From assembly GCA_023515725.1 (NCBI GenBank), contig JALDTO010000246.1, forward strand, positions 343,680 through 407,679: a DNA stretch of 64,000 nt, read 5' to 3'. This document shows, piece after piece, positions 43,989 to 56,348 of this stretch (positions are counted from its first letter, which is position 1; each line of letters begins with the position of its first letter). The stretch is from Amoeboaphelidium protococcarum X5. Its lineage: Eukaryota > Fungi > Aphelidiomycota. A program made the translations under genes and the position numbers. The notes beneath the pieces are model-generated. The model saw nothing but the letters and a program-made list of their open reading frames with translations. It was not told the DNA's origin and did not search any database.

Positions 43989-46900
43989 AAATCAGAGAAC
44001 TCCTCAATGGTTCGCTCCTTAAAATCACCCGTGGCAGTTGGATCATCCGATTTTGACCGATTTGTGCAAAACTGGATGATAGACCATTTGAGAGAAAAGA
44101 AAGCGATTTCTACCGGGATTTTAAGTTCATTCAAGTAATTATAGCTTCTACTATGTTACTCTAATCATTTAGAAGACTCTGCAATGTGTCGCTTCTCAAA
44201 ATCTACCGTGGCGTTCGGATCATCCGATTCTGACCGATTCGTGCAAAACTGGATGATAGACCGTATGAGAGTGAGACAAGCGATTTGAATCGGGATTTTA
44301 AGTTCATTCAAGTAATTATAGCTTCTTCTTTGATACTCTTATCATTTAGAAGACTCACATTTCTTCGCTGCTCAAAATCATCAACGGTAGTTGGATCATC
44401 CGATTCTGACCGATTCGTGCAAAACTGGATGATAGACCGTATGAGAGTAAAGAAAGCGATTTCTCCCGGGATGTTCAGAGCAGTCAAGTAATTATAGCTT
44501 CTTCTATGATACTCTAATCATTTAGAAGACTCACATTTCTTCGCTGCTCAAAATCATCAACGGTAGTTGGATCATCCGATTCTGACCGATTCGTGCAAAA
44601 CTGGATGATAGACCGTATGAGAGTAAAGAAAGCGATTTCTCCCGGGATGTTCAGAGCAGTCAAGTAATTATAGCTTCTTCTATGATACTCTAATCATTTA
44701 GAAGACTCACATTACTTCGCTGCTCAAAATCATCAACGGTAGTTGGATCATCCGATTCTGACCGATTTGTGCAAAACTGGATGATAGACTATTTGAGAGT
44801 GAGACAAGCGACTCGAGTCGGGATTTTAAGTTCATTCAAGTAATTATAGCTTCTACTATGATATTTATATTAATCAGACAACTCTTCAATGGTTCGCTCC
44901 TTAAAATCATCAACGGTAATTGTATCATCCGATTCTGACCGATTCGTGCAAAACTGGATGATAGACCATTTGAAAGTGAGACAAGCGATTTGAATCGGGA
45001 TTTTAAGTTCATTCAAGTTATTATAGCTTCTTCTTTGATACTCTTATCATTTAGAAGACTCACATTACTTCGCTGCTCAAAATCATCAACGGTAGTTGGA
45101 TCATCCGATTCTGACCGATTCGTGCAAAACTGGATGATAGACCATTTGAAAGTGAGACAAGCGATTTGAATCGGGATTTTAAGTTCATTCAAGTAATTAT
45201 AGCTTCTTCTATGATACTCTTATCATTTAGAAGACTCACATTACTTCGCTGCTCAAAATCATCAACGGTAGTTGGATCATCCGATTCTGACCGATTTGTG
45301 CAAAACTGGATGATAGACTATTTGAGAGTGAGACAAGCGACTCGAGTCGGGATTTTAAGTTCATTCAAGTAATTATAGCTTCTACTATGATATTTATATT
45401 AATCAGACAACTCTTCAATGGTTCGCTCCTTAAAATCATCAACGGTAATTGTATCATCCGATTCTGACCGATTCGTGCAAAACTGGATGATAGACCATTT
45501 GAGAGTAAAGAAAGCGATTTGAATCGGGATTTTAAGTTCATTCAAGTAATTATAGCTTCTTCTTTGATACTCTTATCATTTAGAAGACTCACATTTCTTC
45601 GCTGCTCAAAATCATCAACGGTAGTTGGATCATCCGATTCTGACCGATTCGTGCAAAACTGGATGATAGACCGTATGAGAGTAAAGAAAGCGATTTCTCC
45701 CGGGATGTTAAGAGCAGTCAAGTAATTATAGCTTCTTCTATGATACTCTAATCATTTAGAAGACTCACATTACTTCGCTGCTCAAAATCATCAACGGTAG
45801 TTGGATCATCCGATTCTGACCGATTTGTGCAAAACTGGATGATAGACTATTTGAGAGTGAGACAAGCGACTCGAATCGGGATTTTAAGTTCATTCAAGTA
45901 ATTATAGCTTCTACTATGATATTTATATTAATCAGACAACTCTTCAATGGTTCGCTCCTTAAAATCATCAACGGTAATTGTATCATCCGATTCTGACCGA
46001 TTCGTGCAAAACTGGATGATAGACCATTTGAAAGTGAGACAAGCGATTTGAATCGGGATTTTAAGTTCATTCAAGTAATTATAGCTTCTTCTTTGATACT
46101 CTTATCATTTCGAAGACTCACATTACTTCGCTGCTCAAAATCATCAACGGTAGTCGGATCATCCGATTCTGACCGATTCGTGCAAAACTGGATGATAGAC
46201 CATTTGAAAGTGAGACAAGCGATTTGAATCGGGATTTTAAGTTCATTCAAGTAATTATAGCTTCTTCTTTGATACTCTTATCATTTAGAAGACTCACATT
46301 ACTTCGCTGCTCAAAATCATCAACGGTAGTTGGATCATCCGATTCTGACCGATTCGTGCAAAACTGGATGATAGACCGTATGAAAGTGAGACGAGCGATT
46401 TGAATCGAGATTTTAAGTTCATTCAAGTAATTATAGCTTCTACTATGATATTTATATTAATCAGACAACTCTTCAATGGTTCGCTCCTTAAAATCATCAA
46501 CGGTAATTGTATCATCCGATTCTGACCGATTTGTGCAAAACTGGATGATAGACCATTTGAGAGTGAGACAAGCGATTTGAATCGGGATTTTAAGTTCATT
46601 CAAGTAATTATAGCTTCTACTATGATATTTATATTAATCAGAGAACTCTTCAATGGTTCGCTTCTCAAAATCATCAGCGGTAGTCGGATCATCCGATTCT
46701 GACCGATTTGTGCAAAACTGGATGTTAGACCATTTGAGAGTGAGACAAGCGACTCGAGTCGGGATTTTAAGTTCATTCAAGTTATTATAGCTTCTTCTTT
46801 GATACTCTTATCATTTAGAAGACTCACATTACTTCGCTGCTCAAAATCATCAACGGTAGTTGGATCATCCGATTCTGACCGATTCGTGCAAAACTGGATG

Positions 46901-47920
46901 ATAGACCGTATGAGAGTAAAGAAAGCGATTTGAATCGGGATTTTAAGTTCATTCAAGTAATTATAGCTTCTTCTTTGATACTCTTATCATTTAGAAGACT
47001 CACATTTCTTCGCTGCTCAAAATCATCAACGGTAGTTGGATCATCCGATTCTGACCGATTCGTGCAAAACTGGATGATAGACCGTATGAGAGTGAGACAA
47101 GCGATTTGAATCGAGATTTTAAGTTCATTCAAGTAATTATAGCTTCTTCTATGTTACTCTAATCATTTAGAAGACTCTTCAATGTGTCGCTTCTCAAAAT
47201 CATCAACGGTAATTGGATCATCCGATTCTGACCGATTCGTGCAAAACTGGATGATAGACCGTATGAGAGTAAAGAAAGCGATTTGAATCGGGATTTTAAG
47301 TTCATTCAAGTAATTATAGCTTCTTCTTTGATACTCTTATCATTTCGAAGACTCACATTACTTCGCTGCTCAAAATCATCAACGGTAGTTGGATCATCCG
47401 ATTCTGACCGATTCGTGCAAAACTGGATGATAGACCGTATGAGAGTAAAGAAAGCGATTTGAATCGGGATTTTAAGTTCATTCAAGTAATTATAGCTTCT
47501 TCTATGTTACTCTAATCATTTAGAAGACTCTTCAATGTGTCGCTTCTCAAAATCACCCGTGGCGTTCGGATCATCCGATTCTGACCGATTCGTGCAAAAC
47601 TGGATGATAGACCGTATGAGAGTAAAGAAAGCGATTTCTACCGGGATTTTAAGTTCATTCAAGTAATTATAGCTTCTGCTATGTTACTCTTATCATTTAG
47701 AAGACTCACATTGCTTCGCTGCTCAAAATCATCAGCGGTAGTCGGATCATCCGATTTTGACCGATTCGTGCAAAACTGGATGATTGACCATTTGAGAGTG
47801 AGACAAGCGACTCGAGTCGGGATTTTAAGTTCATTCAAGTAATTATAGCTTCTACTATGATATTTATATTAATCAGAGAACTCTTCAATGGTTCGCTGCT
47901 CAAAATCATCAGCGGTAGTT
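43989..47920. repeat. Tandem array of about 22.3 units of 176/177 bp with a 529-bp higher-order trimer
   Basis: The anchor G(G/T)ATCATCCGATT recurs at 44040, 44217, 44393, 44569, 44745, 44922, 45098, 45274, 45451, 45627, 45803, 45980, 46156, 46332, 46509, 46686, 46862, 47038, 47215, 47391, 47568 and 47744. Confidence 0.98.
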
Positions 47921-48263
47921 ATTAGATCATAAGCGTAAAAAATTTCTAAGCTGGTCAATGCCGTTCTAACGCCAAGCCAAAACGTATTTAGATTTAGCGC
48001 AAATTAAAGAGTCTAAGGGTGGTCTTGAGCTTTAAAACTCCTTCAGTATTCAATATTTAGAGAGAGAGACCTCACGCAAAATGTGCATAGCCGAATCTCA
48101 TTTTTTAGCACTTTATCAACTCTAACATATCAGTTTTATTAGTCACTGGGATTAAATTGAAATGTGAATAAATGAGATCATTATAGAAGATCACGTTAAA
48201 CTGTAATGTATTTACACAGAATACTTGCAAAGCTGGCTGGCTGTATAGACAGAGCTAAAAGTT

Positions 48264-50093
48264 ATGTAAGTATTCGATTTGAAACATGTGTGTGTGTGTG
48301 GCTGGCTGTAACTGATTATCCTCGATCAAATTGCCGACGTGGAGATTATACTTTACCAAACGATATGCCTTTCAAAACTCTTGCGCAAGATTGCTTTGTA
48401 TGGACAATAACAAAATCAATGTACTTTGGGTAAACCCAAAGCTCAGACATGGTCCAAGGCAATGCCCCTTGTTTTTTATATTCTAAATATCCACTTGTAC
48501 TTTTCGCGACAAGGTAATTCCGTTTCATCGGATCACATGATGTTTTAAATCACGCGCTCTATTGTTTCGGACCGATAGAGCATATCTCTTACCCGACAAA
48601 ACACAATTGTTTAGATATTAGATACGATGACAAAAGAAACTTTCGAAGAAATTCTATACACTCTCGGGGAGTACTTTTTGAACCATAACAAGATTCCATT
48701 CGAAGGTGGACAGTTTCATGTCGGGTCTATCATTGAGAAATAATTGATCGGAAAAATGAGGAGCATATCTACTTGGACACGAATCTCTAAACAAGTGCAA
48801 AAGTCATATTAGTCTTTAATCAACTCTCAAGTTTACTCCATGGCTGATTCAAATAACAGTTTGCAAGCAAGTATTGGCCTGGTCGTCCCGTTGCTGCACA
48901 ATCGTGGTGCATTAGAGTAATTAAGACCCGCTGTAATATCTTCTTTGGAGCTCGAGTCGGAGCAACAGCTTTATGATGCATTTGGCGAGTATTTGCTCAA
49001 TAAGTACGACAATTTCCTTTTAGTGGAGAACATTTATCTCAGCAAGAAGACATTTGTTGATGCAAAAGATTACTTCGGCTTTGGTAATGTTGACAAATAG
49101 TGGTCAAGTTTTGTGGATGTTTTGATCGAGCGATTTGAGAACGTTGATATGTCAGATCCCGTTATTTATACGGTAAAGAAAAGCTAACACATTCATTGGT
49201 GCGGTCTCTGGATGTTATTTGAGTACTTTGGATGTGTCGTCGAGTTACTAACATTCTATTAATAGTACTAGAGCATGATGAACGACAACTCTTTGGGAAA
49301 GAGCTTGCGCAAGGATTCTTTAGGCCTGCCTCCGGTTCTATAATCTCCGTCTCCATCATAGCAGCTTGTAGCCCCTGCGCCAAATAATGCTATTCCTGAT
49401 GATGAAGTCGTAAAAGTGAAAAGTTTGTTGAACGCTCTATCGCGTTTATCTGGTAATCATATTGATTAGGCCGCTACTTCTAGTCGTATTACTGGATCTT
49501 CGCAGTTATCTGGTCAATCTGTTGATAGAATTCCATATTTGTTGACTAGTCTGAAAGATGGTCACATTGATTTATTGATAGATGCGCTGCATAATCACGA
49601 TTAAGACCAGGCGATAGTAAATCAATGCTCCAATTTGTTTTTCCCTCTGGGTACTGAATTTGTAGAGTTCGTTCTGAACTCTTCTTTATCCAAGGTTCGT
49701 TCATTTACCGTCGGTGTCAGTTCATTGGTGACTGAACATTTTCGGTAGATGGATGATGGCGGCTTCCATGAGTACTGGCGCGACATTATAAAGAGTCAGT
49801 TCTATAGATACTTTGACAAGTTGTCAGATTATCTCGCGTTTAGATGCATGTTTGTAACACAAAGACTGACTTCTGTCTAAATGTTTGCTTTAACTGTCGT
49901 TTGTATATCTGTTGCGTTTGTCTAGTTACATAATAGCTTACTCGGTAGAACTTCATTGACCATTCAGGAGATTTAGGAAAGTTTTAAGTTATACGAGATT
50001 ATTATGCAGCAAGATCGTTAATGGATCGAATCTATTGAATATCTGCCGATTTCTGATTTTGGGAAGAAGATGTTGGGTATCCGGGTTGATTGA
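48264..50093 (+). CDS. Hypothetical protein, about 600 aa, start uncertain
   Basis: Frame free of TGA from 48168 to TGA 50091, helical protein-like composition; missed by the standard-code track. Confidence 0.65.
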
Positions 50094-50638
50094 TCATTTG
50101 CTAAGGCTATTTATATGATTGTACACATTTGTTTTTGGAATCGTGAATTTTGATGATGAAAAATATAATTTATTCATAGAAAATATGTCTACAGTATCGA
50201 TACAGTACATTTTACTGTAATTTTGGATGATGCTTTGTGACGGTGCGCTTGCTCCCCGTGAACGTTCCGTTTTACACCTGACTTAACTTTAACGCATTCC
50301 TTTTATTAATGCCTTAAGATTCTAAAGTTGAAATTGACTAAAAGAAATCTGAACTCTTCTGAACAAAGGATTAAGACTAAAAGATGACATCTAGAAGAAT
50401 ACAATGTTCATCTTCTTTATTGTAAAAAATGTTCATGTTAAACTATTTAGGATGATCTAATCACCCGAGAATATTACGGATTCAAGCATTGATCACCACT
50501 AGATCATTTATCCACTTCTTCAATATTTCTAACCATTGGATTTGAATGACCTTTCGGTTACATATTTTCAGTCTGGATCTTCATCACTTGGAAAGATACT
50601 TTGATAATTCCGTTCGTTTACAGCTTGGTACTGCCCAT

Positions 50639-52333
50639 TCAGAATTCATTCTAAATGAAACGATATACGTAATTGAAACATGCATCCTTGTTGTACTCCT
50701 ACTGCATAGTTCTAGGACCGCCATGTTGAGCTTGCCAAAGGAGCATTTATTGGTGGCACTTGCCAAGCCATTTACCAGACTTTACAGGTCCTTGACCGCT
50801 TTTCTATCTCTCATCATTGACCATTTTCAACAATTCACCTCCATCAATCATCGGCTTCATTAAATGACACTCTTAGAGTCTCAACTATTTGATAACTTCA
50901 ACCAGGTTAGAGTAGTCCTTCGACAACAACAGTAACTATTCGGATTACGGTAACGCGGGATACGCAATCGTAGACTCTGCATACTGCGCTGCCTCAGCCA
51001 ATTACTCAACCTTGACTTCCACATCGTTCAAAAGCCGCATAGCCATGGCAAACCATAAAAGCAGAGGATACGCTTCATTCACAGGTTTAGCTGCAATTTA
51101 GACAATTAGTTTATACAAATCAAGTCGTAATGCTTTATATTCTGTCAGAGGCATCTCCTACAGCTGTTCATTGTTAATGCAAAATTGCTTTGCCATCTGA
51201 TCAGTGAACGTTTGACGAGCGGAAGTTAATCGTTTGGCCACTTGAGATTCAACATTAGAGTACTTGAACGCGTTCTAGATTATACTTGCAACAGTTACGT
51301 TCATTGAAGGATACTTGTGCTATAACGGAAGAGATGCAGCGGCTAGATTCAACAAGAAAATGTCGTGTTTACTCCCAAAATCCTTGTCAACTGTAGAACG
51401 AGACATTTCAACAACTTTCAGAGCTTTAAGAGCTTCATATTGATCAACGCAATCTATATCTACCTACTAGCCGTCCGAAAAAATTAAATTGTACAAATAA
51501 AAAGACACCATATACTCTAATGCCAGAAGAGGATTAGGACCGGAGAGCATCTTCTTCATCTCTTCTCCAACACGCTCTCGGCTTATAATGGTGGCAAAAC
51601 TATTGACAATATCTCGCTCTTAGGCAGCGAGCTTTATCTCTTTGACAATCCTAAAATTGTACCTGGCGGCAAATCTAATGGCGCGCAATATTCGCAAAGG
51701 ATCATCTTTGAAAGTGACAAATGGGGACAGCGGAGTTCTAATGATACCATTCTCCAAATCATCAATACCAGTTCCGAGAAAGTCCTCCACCTCCTCCGTA
51801 GCAATGTTATAAAATAAAGAATTTATAGTCAAGTCGCGACGTTCTGCATCCTCTAGCGGAGTCCCAAATTCTATATGAGGCACGCGAGAGTGTGAGGCAT
51901 AAGTCTCTTTGCGCAAATTCACCAGATCCACGTCCTGACCGAATAACTTGACCACGGTAGTCTCCAGGTGTTTACTCTTATCCGGATTAGCTTTGATCTA
52001 ATGAATGGACCGCATGACATCTTCTAGTTCAGTCACAGGAATCTAAGCAGTCTGGCTCAACTCGCGATCATTGATAAGGCCTTTCATATGCATAGCGAAC
52101 TAGTGCCCAGTCATCTAATCAATTGCCACATCAATATCTTTGCTGTCTTTATTAAGCAGTTTATCGCGGACCCATCCACCTGCAATACGCAGTGTCAGCG
52201 GCTGATTCATTTGTAATTTCGAAGTTAATAGCGCGGCAGCAGATTTTAACAGCTAGCATATCTTCGTCTCTGTATCATTCAATTTAATTGATTTATGAAT
52301 ATGCATTTCCTACCTTTTGGATACCTGACTCAT
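50639..52333 (-). CDS. CCA1: tRNA nucleotidyltransferase (CCA-adding enzyme), 564 aa
   Basis: LRIAGGWVRDKLL, DIDVA, NPDKSKHLET, DLVNLRKETY, EDAERRDLTINSLFYN, DDPLRILRAIRFAAR and ISRERVGEE. Confidence 0.96.
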
Positions 52334-52519
52334 TTATACAATCGTATATGGTCTGATCTCTGTCAAATTATCGCGTAAAAAGTAAAGGCCAAACACGTAT
52401 TAATCTGTGACTGAGCAGCTTTCACTCAAAAAATATCGATTACAGCAGATCTAGTACTCAGAAGATAAGTACTAAAGATCTCTGCAGGTTCAGTTGGACA
52501 AAAAATGCAAAAAGAGAAG

Positions 52520-52591
52520 CTCTCCGTCTGGGAATCGAACCCAGCTTACCCGCGTGACAGGCGGGGGTACTAACCAATATACTAACGAAGA
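52520..52591 (-). tRNA. tRNA-Asp(GTC), identical to 4234-4305
   Basis: Exact reverse complement of the first copy, with an oligo-T terminator. Confidence 0.97.
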
Positions 52592-53039
52592 TTCGCTTGT
52601 AGGGCTGATTTGATGAAAAATTAATTCTTGTTAAAATATATTTTACACATTTTACTAAAATCCAGACACAATATACCTAGTACGAGTAAAATGTAAAAGA
52701 GTATCACGCATTCAAATACTTAAATCATCTACGCCCTGGCCATGACAATAGTGCTTCATAGTAGAAGGAACTGATTGACTTTACTCAAAGCAGGTTAACG
52801 CGTTCGTTTCAAATCAGCTATGCGTGAGAGATTTCAATTTTGTTTCAAGTCTTATTTCGTCTTGCCCTTTATAGTGTTCAGAGTGGATTGAATGAAGTCG
52901 TTTGCGCTTTTGGACTGATTCTGAATTCTGTTTCGTCTCTTCTTTTGCTGCAGAACGTTCACTCTTTACTGTCTTTCTATTTACAATTTTGACCGATTAA
53001 AACCTGTTACATAAATATCTTCAGTGCTATTAATCAATT

Positions 53040-54626
53040 ATGCCAGTGTCTGTCGAGTATTAGACTGTGTATGACAAGTACAAGGCTGCTGACCAGGAAC
53101 ATGTCTTTCATTATTATAGTAGCCTACCTGCCGAATAGTAGCAATCTTTGTTACAACAACTGTCTCAAATTGATCCTGCGCGCATTAACCGCATATTCAA
53201 GCAGGCCACTGCTCCTAAGGATTAGAGTGCTTCTGCCAAGAAGCTAGACCCTCTGCCTTCTGATGCTTACGATAGTGTCGAAAATGTGTCTGCAGATCAG
53301 TTGGCTAAGTGGAATCAGCTGGGCTTGGATGCCATCAAGAAGGGTCAAGTCTGTGTGGTATTGCTAGCCGGTGGACAGGGAACTAGATTGGGTAGCTCCA
53401 ATCCTAAGGGATGTTTTGATATTGGTCTACCATCTCAAAAGTCTCTGTTCTAGTTACAGGCTGAGAGGATTGTGCGTTTGGTTAAGCTTGCTGGTATTCC
53501 CAACAACAAGCTCAAGTGGTATGTGATGACCAGCGGTCCTACTAGAAAGGCCACTGAAGAATTTTTTGTCAAGAATAACTATTTCGGTGTGGATAAGGAT
53601 GCCATTCAGTTTTTTGAATAAGGTGTTCTGCCTGCCCTGACTGAAGATGGCAAGATATTCCTGGAAGATAAGAGTACTGTTAGTGTAGCTCCTGATGGAA
53701 ATGGTGGTATTTATGCTTCTTTGAGAAATAGCGGCATCTTGCAAGACATGAAGAATCGTGGTGTAAAGTATATCCATGCATATTGTGTTGACAATTGTCT
53801 TGTTCGTGTTGCAGATCCTCAGTTTATTGGGTATTGCATCGACAAGGATGCTCAGTGTGGAGTTAAAGTGGTTAGAAAGCTCTTTGCTGAGGAGCCTGTT
53901 GGCATAATCTGTAAATTGAATGGAAAGTATGGCGCTGTTGAGTACAGCGAAATATCAAAGGCTGACTCTGAGGCTAAGGGTAACGGTGGCAAGTTGTTGT
54001 ATGGTGCTGCTAATATTGCCAACCACTTCTACACTATCGAGGCTTTGCATGAATTTTGCAGTGAAGAATTTGAACGCTCGTTGGAGTTTCATATTGCGCG
54101 CAAGAAGATTAAGCATATCAGTTTTGATAATGATCAGCAGGTGGCTCCTTCTAAGCCGAATGGCATCAAGTTGGAGTTGTTCATATTTGATATCCTTGCC
54201 TCGTTGCCTCTGTAGAAGTTGACCTCAACTTACAAGAGTCCACTGGCTGTTTACTCCGTGCCTCGTCAGCAAGATTTCAGTCCGTTGAAGAATGCATCTG
54301 GTGCCGGTGTTGACTGTCCAGAGACCTCAAAGAAGGACTATTACGTGCAATCTGAACAATTTCTGCGTGATGCCGGTCTGAAGGTGCAAGCTAGTGATGA
54401 AGCTTACGAAACTTTTGACGTCAAGGAGATGAAGGTTGGTGGCGATGGAAAGGCAAAGGAAGTTCAAGTTTAGCTGAAGCAGCTGGCTGTTGAGATCAGT
54501 CCTCTGGTCACGTTTGCAGGCGAGGGACTAAGAGAGGCTGTAGGCGGTAGCAGCGATAAGGTGGTCAAGTTGAGTAAGCCGACTTACATTGCCACCATTG
54601 AAGATTTACGTAAGTTAATCTAGTGA
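53040..54626 (+). CDS. UAP1: UDP-N-acetylglucosamine pyrophosphorylase
   Basis: LLAGGQGTRLGSSNPKG, APDGNGG, YCVDN, VEYSE, KLELFIFD, FSPLKN and EISPLV. Confidence 0.96.
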
Positions 54627-54751
54627 ATATAAACTGAAAGCGGGAATTTTGAATGACAAATGAGAATGATAATAATAATACACTGATTGTTATTTGTTAT
54701 TATTCAAATCAATACTAGCCAATGCCATATCACTAGTAGCAATTCTACCTT

Positions 54752-56128
54752 TCATTGATCCAGAACTTGGAGAACGTCTTCCCACTCTTTGACACACTTT
54801 TCAAAGTATGACTGATGAACTTTGGCAAATCTCTCCATGATGGCCCGTAAGTCTCTCGTCTTGACGTCCTGGAATCTATTTAACTCTTGGCTGACCAATT
54901 CATTAAATTTCATCAAATCCTAGTGTGCTTCCTCCCGACTCTTTTCCAGAGTGATAATTGTATCCTTCAATTTGGCAACATTATTCCTCCTGGTCATCTC
55001 AGGATCATTATCTAATAGACTCTGGAATTTACCAGTGATTGCACCGAAGAATCCTGAACCGCTAGCGCTTGGACTAACTAGGCCTTGCTCCAGATTGTTA
55101 AGATGCATCTTCTTCTACTCCAACGTATCACCCAAGTCTTCCCATTACGCGTGCTTCAAATGTCTCAATTTCAACAAATCCACCACGGTCTGAGCAATCT
55201 AGCTCTGCTCATGCAGCGATAGAGACAAGTCCTTGAGACCGACATTAAATCGCCGAGTCAGCTCATGCATAGTATCGTATACTCCACCTATAGCCTCAAT
55301 ATACTGCTCAGTTTTCACATCTTTAATCTATTTATCAGCGATAGACACCTCACTGTTCATGTTCAGGGATATGCCATTAAAAATTAGGCCCAACTCACTC
55401 AACAATTGATCACTCTCAGCCAACTTCTTAAATATTCCCTTTTAAGACTTTTCTAAGCTGAGGACACTGTTCAAGTACTGCTCAAATCCCGATTCTAACG
55501 ATAAAAACTTCAAATCTGGATTCTTCAGCTTTCTAGCAGGTCCAACTTTACTAACAATCTTCTACTTCGTTCCTGCAGACACTGATGATTACGATATTTA
55601 AGAGGACTATTACGACTAACCCACGGATGATGAAAAGGAGGAGAACAATACATCAGACCAGGTGCCCTGTTCGAGAAAGCGATGAAATAGATGCTCTTTA
55701 GACAGCACTGGATGTTCATTAACCTTGCGAAGAAATGATTACAGCATCTTCTTCCTCACTTCTACAATCTCGGAATCCTCTGCTGCCTTCTTCATCTTGA
55801 GTGTGGCATACGATGTCAACTTGTGTTTCTCCGGTATTGGTGGGATGATCAGGTGCGGGTATAGACGCTTCAGGATCTTTCTAATAGACTCAAACTCGCT
55901 ATATCTCCGCTTCAGCTGTACTCCATTAACATCGATAATATAAGCAGTGTATGCACTTCCACCATCGCTTACTCTCTCGCTTCCAATAATCTCAATTCTA
56001 CCCAGGACGCAGCAGTTGATGGTGGCACCATTACCAATTTTATGGTTCACCGCAGTACTCAAGTTCTAATTCACAATATTAGCCACCTCCTACTCCTCAT
56101 CATTATCGCTATCGAAAGGCGAAGACAT
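54752..56128 (-). CDS. SNX4: PX-BAR sorting nexin (Snx4/Atg24 family)
   Basis: PX domain KRRYSEFESIR, IPPIPEK and RKKMLQSFLRRL; C-terminal BAR helices. Confidence 0.8.
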
Positions 56129-56348
56129 TTCCACAATGATAATTTCGTTATTTAGTAAATAGATGGTATTAGCACAATGAATATAAGCAGAAGAAGTTGT
56201 GGAAGTACAGCGAGAGTCGAACTGGAAAAAACAGAATTTCAAAAGGAGAAGAATAAAGTTGCGCGTTGACTACAAAGAAAGGGACGGTTATAAAGCAATG
56301 CGAGTAAAATGATTTGAATTAAGAATTTAATATATTAATAAAATAGAT

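Noticed and set aside
44285-45725. Repeated 68-aa plus-strand ORFs (MNRDFKF...)
   Set aside because: By-products of the repeat with TTG starts and frameshifts between units.
43989-47920. CRISPR-like array
   Set aside because: The variable blocks are a few recurring alleles rather than unique spacers, there are no cas genes, and the context is eukaryotic.
43989-47920. Array as a spliced multi-exon N-terminal extension of the CCA duplicate (GTGAGT in 176-bp units to CATCCAG would leave in-frame 66-nt exons)
   Set aside because: The acceptor is not TGTAG and 110 nt exceeds local intron sizes. Three 177-bp units, including the one next to the CCA fragment, have an in-frame TGA with no donor. 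No start codon was found.
50180-50630. Possible small gene between the orphan ORF and CCA1
   Set aside because: The frames examined are closed by TGA within short distances and show no motifs.
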